A stretch of 64,000 nucleotides of DNA from the IMG/VR virus record IMGVR_UViG_3300024348_000008; one strand, 5' to 3'. Shown here one piece after another: positions 39,652 through 49,497 of this stretch. The notes below the pieces were generated by a model. It worked only from the letters and a program-made list of their open reading frames with translations, searched no databases and was not told the origin of the DNA. Positions within the stretch are counted from its first letter, which is position 1; every line of letters starts with the position of its first letter. The DNA is from a virus. A program made the translations under genes and the position numbers.

Positions 39652-42600
39652 ATGGCAACTAAAATAAAATCAACAGGAATCGATACTCTGGCAGGAGATA
39701 TATCTCTTGCGGATAATGCTAAGATTAAACATGGTAGTAGTAATGATCTTCAAATTTATCATGATGGTTCACACAGTTATATTAAAGATGATGGAACAGG
39801 TAATCTTTATTTAGGTGGATCTGCAGCAATATCATTTAATAGTTCAGACTTTGGTGAAACTTACGCTATAATGAATGATGATGGTGCAGTAGTTTTATAC
39901 CATAATAATGTTGCTAAGTTATCTACAGATGCTCAAGGTATTAATGTTACTGGTGGAATAGATGTAGCAGATATTACTGCCACTGGAAATATTAGTTTAA
40001 ACTCTGATAATGGAACATTATATTTTGGAGCTGGCTCAGATATGCGCCTATATCATGATAGTAACAATAGTTATATAGATGATTCTGGTACAGGTGGTTT
40101 AAAAATAAGAGCTAGTGAGTTTCAAGTACTGAAATATGGTACTGCTGAACAAATGTTGAGTGCAACTCAAGATGGTGCAGTCACTCTTTACTACGATAAT
40201 GCTGCTAAGTTGGCCACGACAAATACTGGTGTAAATATTACTGGTACTATAGTAGGTGCTACGGCTACTGCAAGTGGTGGTACTAGTACTACTGCACTTG
40301 CTTCTACAGCATTCGTACAACAAGAATTAACCACGCTAATAGGTGGTGCACCAAGCACCCTCAACGACCTGAATGAATTAGCGGCCGCTATCAACGATGA
40401 TGCAAATTATAATAGTACTCTTACTACGGCATTGGCTACTAAACTACCTCTAGCTGGTGGTGAAATGAGTGGCACTTTAAATATTACTCAAGCATCTACT
40501 AATGATACTATTAAATTAACTAGAGGTACAACTAGTCATAATAACATGATTAAGTTCCGAAGTGCTGGAGCAGATAAGTGGATTCTAGGACAAAGAAACG
40601 ATAGCACAGAGCATTTTAGACTTTATTCTTATGGTACAAGTACTGATGTGCTATCTATTTTAACAGACGGTAAAGTTGGTATAGGCTATAACAATCCACA
40701 AAATAATATTCATGTTCTAGGAAACAGCTCTATTCCTAATGTAGGTTTAACATTACAAACACATGATACTGCTAATGCTATTGCCAATATTAATCTATTG
40801 TCAAGGCTTGCAGATAATGTCAATAAGACAGTTGAGCTTAGAGCGTATAGAGGAAATCTAATAATTCTTGGTGACACAGGATATGGCAAGGTTGGTATAG
40901 GAACTACGACTCCTGATGCACAATTTGAAGTAAGAGGAGATGCATATAAAGCAAGATTTACAAGGTCAGGAAGTGCTGGAACAAACGTAGAGTTCTATTA
41001 TGGAGCAACTCAAGCAGGTGGAATACAAGTTCAATCTACGGGTCTTGGTATAAGTGGTGCTGCTCGCGAAAATGATTTATTTATTAAGAGTGATGGCAAA
41101 GTTGGTATAGGAGAAACTTCACCATTAGGTAAGCTTCATGTAAAAAGTAGCGATTCTGGCGCGACAGCTGATGCAAGCGCTGATGAATTGGTTGTTGAAA
41201 ATAATTCAAATACTGGAATAAGTATTTTATCTGGTACAAGTAGTACTGGTTCAATTTATTTTGGAGATAGTGGTACAAACTGGGACGGATATATAGCATA
41301 TACTCATGGATCAGGCGCTACTCATAGAAAATTTGTTATTGGAACTGCTGCTGGTGGTAACTCTCTATCTATAGATGCCATTGGTCATGTTGGTATTGCA
41401 AAACAAACACCTATTGCTTGGGGTTCTGGTTATAAATCATTACAAATTGGGGCTAGAGGTTATGTTGGAGCACATAGCGGTAGTGATCTTTATGTAGGTC
41501 AAAATGCTTATCATAATAGTGGATGGAAATACGAAGCTTCAGTAGCGGCTTCTCTAACTCAACATTCAGGCGGTCAAATAACTCATTATGTAACACCTGC
41601 TGGAACAGCTGGTAATGCAATAACATGGAATATCGGCATGCATATAAAACCAACTGGCGAAGTTGGTATAGGAACTACGGCTCCAGCAGTAAACTTGCAT
41701 ATTAACAAAGGTTCTTCAACATTCCAACCCGCTGCCGGAGTAATAAAAAATTATTTTGCACTAAATACAGACTATGATTCAACTGGGGTTCAAGGCATAT
41801 ATTTTTCAAATCTAGACGGCAATTGGGTAGATGGGACTTCAGGTGCTGATTCCCAATTTGGTATGTTATTTGGATATCAGAATGCAACACGAGGTGGCCT
41901 AATTTACGATCATCGTGGCTCTGAAATGATGTCGCTTTGGTCAAGTTACGGTCCTCTTACCTTTATGACACCAGATGCTGCAGATGGTGATGGTGTTCCT
42001 ACAGATAGTAATATAAAAAGTAGATTAACAATTGATATAGGTGGCAACGTTGGTATTAATGGCGAGACAGATCCGCAAGCACCTTTGGATTGTGGAGTGA
42101 CTAGTCAAAACCAACAGGTAGTATTACTTAGGCAAAACGGTAATTCACGAACAGGCTTTAGTATTTCAAATGATTGGGGCGTAAGAGCCTTTGGTCCAGC
42201 CGATGCTAGTTCAACCGGCTCATTGTTTGGGGTCGGTGAAATGACCAGCGGTACAAATTATTTAGGTGATTTGTTTACTATTCGATATGATGGACGAGTT
42301 GGTATCGGAACTACGAGTCCTGGCTACCTGTTACATGCACAAAACTCAACCACCACCGGCCAAAGTGTAATAGCAACATCTGGTAATGGTGCATTTATAA
42401 TGGCTATTGGAAGCCAAAATTCCCCTGGCGTAGCACAAGAGGCTTTCATTGGTACTTTAAGTGATTCACGCTTTAAAATCAAAGTTAACAATGTAGTCAA
42501 GGGGTCTTGGACTGATGGCGGTTTAGCTATAGGAACTCACTCGAGTGCAAGCGCCCCATTAGATGTAGTTTGTAATAATAATGTTTGGGCTGGTGAATTT

Positions 42601-43275
42601 ACACAATCTAATACTTCAAATGGTGATGGTGTAATTGTCACAGTAGGAAGCACAGCATCAGCAGACTATGCTTTATCAATTAGATCTGATGCGGGAAATA
42701 CTTCAGGCTTAGCTGTTAAAGCAGATGGCTATGTTGGTATTGGTACTTTTATTCCCAACTCTCCATTACACGTCTACGGGCGTTTCAACCATAACTCCGC
42801 TGGAGGAACTACTCATCCTGGCTCTGCATCTTCAACCGAGCACAACATAACGACGTCTATACTTGGCGGAAAGCTGCGTTTTGGATTAGCAGTGGCTTTT
42901 CCAAATGGTACAAGTAATCTAGCAATTAGAATATATATAGACACAACTAGTTTATGGCTGGCCGGAGAAGTTACGATTGGATCCACATACAGTAATGCAG
43001 CAGCAACGGGACTTAATCGTTATAGTTTTAGCCACAACCAAAACACCACCAACAACTATGGAAATGTTTTAACTCAGACTGAATATTTTGGCCAAGTCGC
43101 TAGTCATTTTACATTTGATAGCCATGGCTATGATTCCACTGAGGGTGCTCATTATTTTGAATTTAGACATGCAAACAGTTACGGTAATACAATGTATCTT
43201 CAGTTTGAAGGCATGGGCAGTTCTCCCGCTCATGCTAACCTTGGAACTTGGTACTATAAACACATAACCTACTAG
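39652..43275 (+). CDS. tail fibre/receptor-binding protein, cassette 4
   Basis: MATKIKSTGIDTLAGDISL start; GAPSTLNDLNELAAAINDDANY; eight VGI junctions. Confidence 0.75.
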   Translation: MATKIKSTGIDTLAGDISLADNAKIKHGSSNDLQIYHDGSHSYIKDDGTGNLYLGGSAAISFNSSDFGETYAIMNDDGAVVLYHNNVAKLSTDAQGINVTGGIDVADITATGNISLNSDNGTLYFGAGSDMRLYHDSNNSYIDDSGTGGLKIRASEFQVLKYGTAEQMLSATQDGAVTLYYDNAAKLATTNTGVNITGTIVGATATASGGTSTTALASTAFVQQELTTLIGGAPSTLNDLNELAAAINDDANYNSTLTTALATKLPLAGGEMSGTLNITQASTNDTIKLTRGTTSHNNMIKFRSAGADKWILGQRNDSTEHFRLYSYGTSTDVLSILTDGKVGIGYNNPQNNIHVLGNSSIPNVGLTLQTHDTANAIANINLLSRLADNVNKTVELRAYRGNLIILGDTGYGKVGIGTTTPDAQFEVRGDAYKARFTRSGSAGTNVEFYYGATQAGGIQVQSTGLGISGAARENDLFIKSDGKVGIGETSPLGKLHVKSSDSGATADASADELVVENNSNTGISILSGTSSTGSIYFGDSGTNWDGYIAYTHGSGATHRKFVIGTAAGGNSLSIDAIGHVGIAKQTPIAWGSGYKSLQIGARGYVGAHSGSDLYVGQNAYHNSGWKYEASVAASLTQHSGGQITHYVTPAGTAGNAITWNIGMHIKPTGEVGIGTTAPAVNLHINKGSSTFQPAAGVIKNYFALNTDYDSTGVQGIYFSNLDGNWVDGTSGADSQFGMLFGYQNATRGGLIYDHRGSEMMSLWSSYGPLTFMTPDAADGDGVPTDSNIKSRLTIDIGGNVGINGETDPQAPLDCGVTSQNQQVVLLRQNGNSRTGFSISNDWGVRAFGPADASSTGSLFGVGEMTSGTNYLGDLFTIRYDGRVGIGTTSPGYLLHAQNSTTTGQSVIATSGNGAFIMAIGSQNSPGVAQEAFIGTLSDSRFKIKVNNVVKGSWTDGGLAIGTHSSASAPLDVVCNNNVWAGEFTQSNTSNGDGVIVTVGSTASADYALSIRSDAGNTSGLAVKADGYVGIGTFIPNSPLHVYGRFNHNSAGGTTHPGSASSTEHNITTSILGGKLRFGLAVAFPNGTSNLAIRIYIDTTSLWLAGEVTIGSTYSNAAATGLNRYSFSHNQNTTNNYGNVLTQTEYFGQVASHFTFDSHGYDSTEGAHYFEFRHANSYGNTMYLQFEGMGSSPAHANLGTWYYKHITY

Positions 43276-43284
43276 GAAGATATT

Positions 43285-43623
43285 ATGTACAAATTTACTT
43301 ACAAAAACGAAGACTATTATTTTAATCCAGAGAATCCTGAGCCTAGTATGAATCTTGAGACTGGTGAGATGGAATATGGAGATAAACTTAAAAATGTATT
43401 AGGTATGACAAATGCAGAAGCACTACAATGCCATGCGGAAGGATTACTTAACGAACTCAGGGGAGAACGCGATCTAAGGTTGGCTAAATGTGATTGGGCT
43501 GGTTCATATGATGTTTCAGATTCTATTAAAGCTGTTTATGCACCGTATAGACAAGCTCTTCGTGATATTACAGATACATACACTAATTTAGATGACGTTG
43601 TATGGCCGGCATTAGAAGAATAA
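43285..43623 (+). CDS. phage tail fibre assembly chaperone
   Basis: LRGERDLRLAKCDW..YRQALRDITDTY..DDVVWP. Confidence 0.82.
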   Translation: MYKFTYKNEDYYFNPENPEPSMNLETGEMEYGDKLKNVLGMTNAEALQCHAEGLLNELRGERDLRLAKCDWAGSYDVSDSIKAVYAPYRQALRDITDTYTNLDDVVWPALEE

Positions 43624-43649
43624 ATATTAATATGGTATTTGATAACACA

Positions 43650-43667
43650 ATAGGATATAAATAGTAA
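43650..43667 (+). promoter_or_regulatory. late promoter (43656..43663) inside the junction repeat
   Basis: ataggatataaatagtaa; ATG at 43669. Confidence 0.85.
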
Positions 43668-43668
43668 C

Positions 43669-46600
43669 ATGGCAAAATCAAAAGCAAGATATTTAGCAGA
43701 AATATTAGGATCAGACGGTAAAGTTCAAAAATCTAAATCAAAAGGTTTTACAGAACTTGCTGTAAGTGATTTGCCTGATAATATTACAAATGCTAAATTA
43801 CAAAATTCTAGTATAACTGTTGCTGGAGATTTAGTATCTCTTGGAGGCAGTGTTGCAATTGATACTTCTGAAATTACAGAACATACTAATGCTAAATTTC
43901 ATACTACTGCAAGAGCAAGATCTGCAATAAGTGCGACTGGTTCTTTATCATATAACTCCTCAACAGGTGTTATGTCATTTACAATGCCTGCACAAAATAC
44001 TTCTAATATTACAGAAGGTTCTAACTTATATTTTACAAATGCAAGAGCAGATGCAAGAATAACTGCTGCAGATACAGGAGATTTATCTGAAGGATCTAAT
44101 TTATACCATACAACTGCAAGAGCAAGAGCGGCAATAAGTGAAAACTCTACGCAATTAGCATATAATAGTAGCACAGGTGTATTAACATTTACACAAGGTG
44201 ATACTGACACTGTATCAGAAGGTTCTAACTTATATTATACTAATGCAAGAGCAGATGCAAGGGCAAATGCTCGTATTGCTGCATCAGATACAGGTGATTT
44301 ATCTGAAGGTTCTAATTTATATTATACTAATGCAAGAGCGGATGCAAGAATAGCAGCAGCAGATACCGGTGATTTATCAGAAGGTTCTAACTTATATTAT
44401 ACTAATGCAAGAGCAGATGCAAGAATAACAAATGCAGGTAGTGGAAATTGGAATACAGCATATGGATGGGGAAATCATGCCTCAGGCGGGTACGCGCCCC
44501 TGGCCGGGCCTGCCCTCACCGGTGCACCTACCGCCCCTACGGCCGCGGCAAATACAAATACAACACAGATTGCAACCACTGCTTATGTACAAACAGAACT
44601 TACCGATTTAATTGACGGAGCTCCAGGAACATTAGACTCATTAAATGAATTAGCCGCTGCGATCAACGACGATGCAAACTATAATTCAACTCTTACAACG
44701 GCATTAGGAACTAAAGTAGCAAAAACTTCTAATCAAGCATTAGGTACTGCGGCTAATGTTATGACAATTAGTGGTAATACAATTACACTTGCAAGAGGTG
44801 ATAGCACTACAGATACTGTTACGGTACCAGACACTAACACAACTTATACTGCAGGGACTAATATGTCTCTTAGCGGTACAGAATTTTCATCTACAAATAC
44901 AACATATTCTGTAGGCGATGGTGGTCTTACACAAAAGAATTTCACAACTACACTTAAATCTAAACTAGATGGTATAGCCGCTGGTGCCACTAATACAGCT
45001 GCTCCTCATTATACTTCTGCTATTGCAGTTGGAGATGGTGGTCTTACACAAAAGAATTTCACAACTGCTCTTAATACTAAACTAACAGGCATAGCCGCTA
45101 GTGCAAATAACTATACGCTACCTTTTACCGATAACTCAGCTAACTGGAATACTGCTTACGGTTGGGGTAACCATGCGAGTGCTGGATATGTAACTACTGA
45201 TAATAATACTACATATACTGCCGGAACAAATATGTCTCTTAGCGGTACAGAATTTTCATCTACAAATACAACATATTCTGTTGGAGATGGTGGATTAACA
45301 ACTAAAAACTTTACAGCAGCACTTAAAACTAAATTAGACGGCATTGAAACAAGTGCAACAGCAGATCAAACCGCAGTTCAGATATTAACTGCTATAAAAA
45401 CTGTAGATGGTGCAAGTTCTGGTTTAGATGCTGACTTATTAGATGGAATACATGGTGCTTCATTACTTAGATCAGATGTACATGATACTGGCGTAGGACT
45501 AGCTATAAACGGCGGAACTCTAAACCAAGCTCATGATTCAACCTTATATGTAACTGCAGGTAATAATAGTGACTGGGGTATTACAATTGGTGCTGCTTCA
45601 GGTAAAACTGAATACGGTATGCAAATTCAGATGCCCTCCTCATTCAATTACGCACTTAGAATTTTAAAGAACGGATCAGAGCACTTTAATGTTAATTCTA
45701 CTGGCGCAACAATTGGTGGAAACTATATTTGGCACGCTGGCAACGATGGTGCAAGTTCTGGTTTAGATGCTGACTTATTAGATGGACAACATGGTTCTTA
45801 TTACGCGGCAGCTAGTAGCTTAAGTAGTTACTTACCACTGTCGGGAGGTACTCTTTCTAGTTCTTTACATTTAGGAAATGATGTAGGATTAACATCTACT
45901 ACTACAGGTGAAACTTTACGTGTTTTATTCCCTGGTGGTGGCGCAAGAAAAAATAGCGGGTCAAGTGAAACTGGTGCAATTAAAATAACATTACCGGTTG
46001 GTATGACGAATAGTATGTTATCTGTTAAGGTTAGTGTCTATCAATATGATTCGCATGAATCTTTTGAAGTACATTTTGGTGGTTATAACTATCCTACTGG
46101 AAATACTTGGGCACACAATCCCTTTGGTTATATTACTGGATCTCCTAAAGCAAATCATGGACCTTATGCAATAAGATTTGGATATGATAGTAATAGTAAA
46201 GCTTGCGTTTATATTGGAGAAACTAATACTACTTGGTCTTATCCAACAATAAGTGTTACTGAAGCTGAAATAGGTTATTCTGGTTATACTAATACTTCAT
46301 GGGATAATGGTTGGGATGTATCAATTGTTACAAGTTTCGAAAATGTAACTGCTACAATAGCGGCCACCGAAACAAATATTGGTATTAGTTTAGCTAATGG
46401 AGTAACCCATCAGCAAACTGCTCAATTAAAATTAAAAGCTCATACAAATGGTTGGGCAGGTGGTTTGGCTCTGATTTCATCAGATGGATCTGATACTTTT
46501 CAAATTCATCCAGATGATAATGGTTATATGTATGTCGATAAAACATGGAATTTCTCGGCCGTACCTCATGTAGGTGTTGGAAACCCCGTTTGGTATACAG

Positions 46601-49497
46601 GCAATGACGGTTCTGGTAGTGGGTTGGATGCAGATTTGCTTGATGGAAATCATGCCTCTGCATTCTTAATAGCTTCTCCAACTAGTATAACAATTGATGG
46701 AACCCAAGATCAGACAATAAGTACTACCACCCATAGTTTAGAAATTAAAAATGCAGGCGCTACTAGTAGCGGTGGTTTAGTACTACAAGGATCAGACGGT
46801 ACACATGGTCTTCAGCTGTATTGGGACGGTAGTGGTGCTAACTATGGATTCTTAGATGGTGCATGGGCCAGTTGGGATATTCAAAAAGTTAGAAATGGTA
46901 CTTTTAAAGTTGACGAAGGTGCAGGTTTAAAACGAGTTCTTAACGAAGCTAACTGGTCAAGTTATATATCAAATAATAATCAGCTAACAAATGGTGCTGG
47001 TTATATTACCGCATCTGGTACTGCGAATCAGTCACACATGGTTTCAGGTTCTGCCTTTGGAACAACTAGTTCACCTAGTAGTGTTTTAGAATATCAACAA
47101 GCAAGCGGTCAGACCGATACAAGATTGGCTCCTTCTGGCGACTGGCATAACAGTATTCGAATGGGTCATGGTAACCCATATAATTACTACTCCAACACTA
47201 TTGCGGCAAGAATGACGGGCACAGGTTATGGAGATTTATACACTCAGTGCATTTATAACAATTCCGCACAAGGTTGGAGAAAGATTTGGAGTGCAGGCAA
47301 CGATGGTTCAGGTTCTGGATTAGACGCAGATTTACTTGATGGTGTTAATAGCGCTTCATTTCTAAGATCGGATACTGCAGATACATTTACTGGTACTCTC
47401 ACAATGGGTACACAATTTGCGTTAGTTCCCAATAATTATGGGCTTGGCCTGTTTGGTCTTTATGCATCTACTCGGTATCAACATGTTTGGTCAATGGGAA
47501 CAGCATATAAAACTTCTACTGATGGCACGTCATACGGTAATATATATGGTCTAACTTACACTCACCCAAACATTGGCACTGGTACTAATCAATCTATCTC
47601 AGGTTTAAGTCATCAGCTTCAGGGAAGAGAAAATGGTACATTGACCTGGGCTTTGGGCACAGGGATATGGACAGCTAATACTATTACTTCTGGGAACCAA
47701 GGTACTTTGTGGGGTTCAAGCAACGACGGCTCAGGCTCTGGTTTAGATGCTGATTTACTTGATGGACAACAAGGTTCTTACTATTCAGCTGCACACTCTC
47801 ATCCATATTTAGGTACATCAGCTAAAGCTGCCGACTCTGATTTATTTGATGGACATAATTCTGACAAATTTGTATTCGGTACTAGCGGATACGGTACTAC
47901 TAGTATGGGGTTTGCATCTATAACAAACCAAAAGTCAGGGTTTTACGATGTGCATAACAGCGGAACTCCTACATCAACATGGTACTCGCTTCTCAACATG
48001 GCTCATTATGGAACCAATCACGGGCATCAAATTGCTGGCTCGTTTTATAGCGCAGGAGATATCTATAATCGTAATAATAATAACACTAGTTTAAGTTCTT
48101 GGGCAAAGATATGGAACACTGCTAATGACGGTTCAGGTTCTGGATTAGACGCTGATTTGTTGGATGGCGTGCAAGGTAGTGGGTATGCTCGGTTAGGTGG
48201 CAGTAATCATGCAAGAACTTATCCAAATAGATGGTTTGCAACAGCAGATAGCGATAATATCATTGATTTTTATGATCAAAACCATGCAAAAGCCCATCTA
48301 GGAAATAGTAGTAAATATACAACCTCTAGGCCTGTTATTACATCAGATCAAAACTATTGGGTCGGCTCAATGGGATGGGGGAACGTTGATCTAAATACTA
48401 TCCTGAATTATGGATCAGGATTCTGGGATTCATGGAGTAGTCCCTCAAATAGACCTTCTACATATACTAGCCACTGGAATGGCTTTAACGCCATGCACTA
48501 TACAGCCAGTAGCACATATCACCACGGTATGCAGATGGCAATGGGTGCAGGTAATCCCGCACACACATATCTAAGGGGTTGGTGGTCTAGTAGTTCAGGT
48601 TATGCGTGGCAGAAAATATGGACAGACGGAAATGACGGCTCAGGTTCTGGATTAGATGCTGATTTATTAGATGGAAATCAAGCATCAGCATTTATGTTGG
48701 CTGGTGCTGCACCTAATGCTCATAATCACACCGGTGTTTATTTACCTATAGGTAGTAAGGCTGCTGACTCTGATCTGTTAGATGGTCTAAATTCGGCGTC
48801 TTCCGGGGCCGATATAGTTTTAAGAACCGACTCCAATTCTTATTTACAAATTAATAACTGGACACAGGTTGGTGGAGCCGGTATGTATTCATCCAGTGTT
48901 AATGGTTTCCACTGGTATGCTAATAATAGCTTTACTTATGGTTGTGGAAGATTAAACGGTGCAAGAAATGGTTATTCTGGTATTGTTCTAGATACCGGTG
49001 GGGATGTTGTTCTCGGCATGTATGATTCAGGTGGTAATGGTGGAGATTATAATACAAGTAGTGGATGGCATTCTTATTACCATAGAGGCAATGATTGTTT
49101 AGGAATTGCTGAATCAACCACATCAAGCTCATATGGATGTTATGTTACTGGTGCAATATATGCAACCGGTGATGTTGTAGGTTCTTCTGATGTAAGGCTG
49201 AAAAAGAATATAAATACTATTGAGAATGGTTTAGCTAAAGTTGAGAAACTAAGAGGTGTTACATACGAATGGAAAGATGCAAAAGAATCTGGTTCGGATG
49301 GAAATAATATAACCCCAGAAAGAATGGGTGTTATTGCTCAGGAAATTATAGATATAGTACCTGAAGTTGTAACACACGATAAAGAAAACGATCGATATGG
49401 TGTTTCTTATGGTCATTTAACAGGTGTACTTATCGAAGCTATAAAAGAACTAAGTGATAAAGTAAAAGAATTAGAGAAAAAATTAGAGGAAAAATAA
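43669..49497 (+). CDS. long distal tail fibre with SGLDADLLDG repeats and C-terminal peptidase S74 chaperone, cassette 5
   Basis: MAKSKARYLA start; five EGSNLY repeats; seven DGxxSGLDADLLDG; SSDVRLKKNI..GVIAQE..VSYGHL..IEAIKEL. Confidence 0.85.
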   Translation: MAKSKARYLAEILGSDGKVQKSKSKGFTELAVSDLPDNITNAKLQNSSITVAGDLVSLGGSVAIDTSEITEHTNAKFHTTARARSAISATGSLSYNSSTGVMSFTMPAQNTSNITEGSNLYFTNARADARITAADTGDLSEGSNLYHTTARARAAISENSTQLAYNSSTGVLTFTQGDTDTVSEGSNLYYTNARADARANARIAASDTGDLSEGSNLYYTNARADARIAAADTGDLSEGSNLYYTNARADARITNAGSGNWNTAYGWGNHASGGYAPLAGPALTGAPTAPTAAANTNTTQIATTAYVQTELTDLIDGAPGTLDSLNELAAAINDDANYNSTLTTALGTKVAKTSNQALGTAANVMTISGNTITLARGDSTTDTVTVPDTNTTYTAGTNMSLSGTEFSSTNTTYSVGDGGLTQKNFTTTLKSKLDGIAAGATNTAAPHYTSAIAVGDGGLTQKNFTTALNTKLTGIAASANNYTLPFTDNSANWNTAYGWGNHASAGYVTTDNNTTYTAGTNMSLSGTEFSSTNTTYSVGDGGLTTKNFTAALKTKLDGIETSATADQTAVQILTAIKTVDGASSGLDADLLDGIHGASLLRSDVHDTGVGLAINGGTLNQAHDSTLYVTAGNNSDWGITIGAASGKTEYGMQIQMPSSFNYALRILKNGSEHFNVNSTGATIGGNYIWHAGNDGASSGLDADLLDGQHGSYYAAASSLSSYLPLSGGTLSSSLHLGNDVGLTSTTTGETLRVLFPGGGARKNSGSSETGAIKITLPVGMTNSMLSVKVSVYQYDSHESFEVHFGGYNYPTGNTWAHNPFGYITGSPKANHGPYAIRFGYDSNSKACVYIGETNTTWSYPTISVTEAEIGYSGYTNTSWDNGWDVSIVTSFENVTATIAATETNIGISLANGVTHQQTAQLKLKAHTNGWAGGLALISSDGSDTFQIHPDDNGYMYVDKTWNFSAVPHVGVGNPVWYTGNDGSGSGLDADLLDGNHASAFLIASPTSITIDGTQDQTISTTTHSLEIKNAGATSSGGLVLQGSDGTHGLQLYWDGSGANYGFLDGAWASWDIQKVRNGTFKVDEGAGLKRVLNEANWSSYISNNNQLTNGAGYITASGTANQSHMVSGSAFGTTSSPSSVLEYQQASGQTDTRLAPSGDWHNSIRMGHGNPYNYYSNTIAARMTGTGYGDLYTQCIYNNSAQGWRKIWSAGNDGSGSGLDADLLDGVNSASFLRSDTADTFTGTLTMGTQFALVPNNYGLGLFGLYASTRYQHVWSMGTAYKTSTDGTSYGNIYGLTYTHPNIGTGTNQSISGLSHQLQGRENGTLTWALGTGIWTANTITSGNQGTLWGSSNDGSGSGLDADLLDGQQGSYYSAAHSHPYLGTSAKAADSDLFDGHNSDKFVFGTSGYGTTSMGFASITNQKSGFYDVHNSGTPTSTWYSLLNMAHYGTNHGHQIAGSFYSAGDIYNRNNNNTSLSSWAKIWNTANDGSGSGLDADLLDGVQGSGYARLGGSNHARTYPNRWFATADSDNIIDFYDQNHAKAHLGNSSKYTTSRPVITSDQNYWVGSMGWGNVDLNTILNYGSGFWDSWSSPSNRPSTYTSHWNGFNAMHYTASSTYHHGMQMAMGAGNPAHTYLRGWWSSSSGYAWQKIWTDGNDGSGSGLDADLLDGNQASAFMLAGAAPNAHNHTGVYLPIGSKAADSDLLDGLNSASSGADIVLRTDSNSYLQINNWTQVGGAGMYSSSVNGFHWYANNSFTYGCGRLNGARNGYSGIVLDTGGDVVLGMYDSGGNGGDYNTSSGWHSYYHRGNDCLGIAESTTSSSYGCYVTGAIYATGDVVGSSDVRLKKNINTIENGLAKVEKLRGVTYEWKDAKESGSDGNNITPERMGVIAQEIIDIVPEVVTHDKENDRYGVSYGHLTGVLIEAIKELSDKVKELEKKLEEK
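44860..45281 (+). repeat. 53-bp exact direct repeat (44860..44912 and 45229..45281)
   Basis: aatatgtctcttagcggtacagaattttcatctacaaatacaacatattctgt occurs twice. Confidence 0.9.
45406..48675 (+). repeat. seven dispersed DGxxSGLDADLLDG repeats; the first two are identical over 42 bp (45406..45447, 45745..45786)
   Basis: read in both the translation and the DNA. Confidence 0.9.

Noticed and set aside
28820-43623. Invertible shufflon of fibre tips
   Set aside because: All cassettes are full-length, same-strand genes with direct repeats; no inverted silent tips or invertase seen.
44000-44430. CRISPR-like array
   Set aside because: The repeats are in-frame, degenerate at third positions and encode EGSNLYYTNARA peptide repeats; there are no unique spacers or cas genes.
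28820-49497. Diversity-generating retroelement acting on the fibres
   Set aside because: No reverse transcriptase in the window. The repeat pairs I found are N-terminal or internal, and their mismatches (e.g. c/a, t/c, g/a, a/g in 32239 vs 39657) are not adenine-specific. A DGR elsewhere in the genome cannot be excluded.
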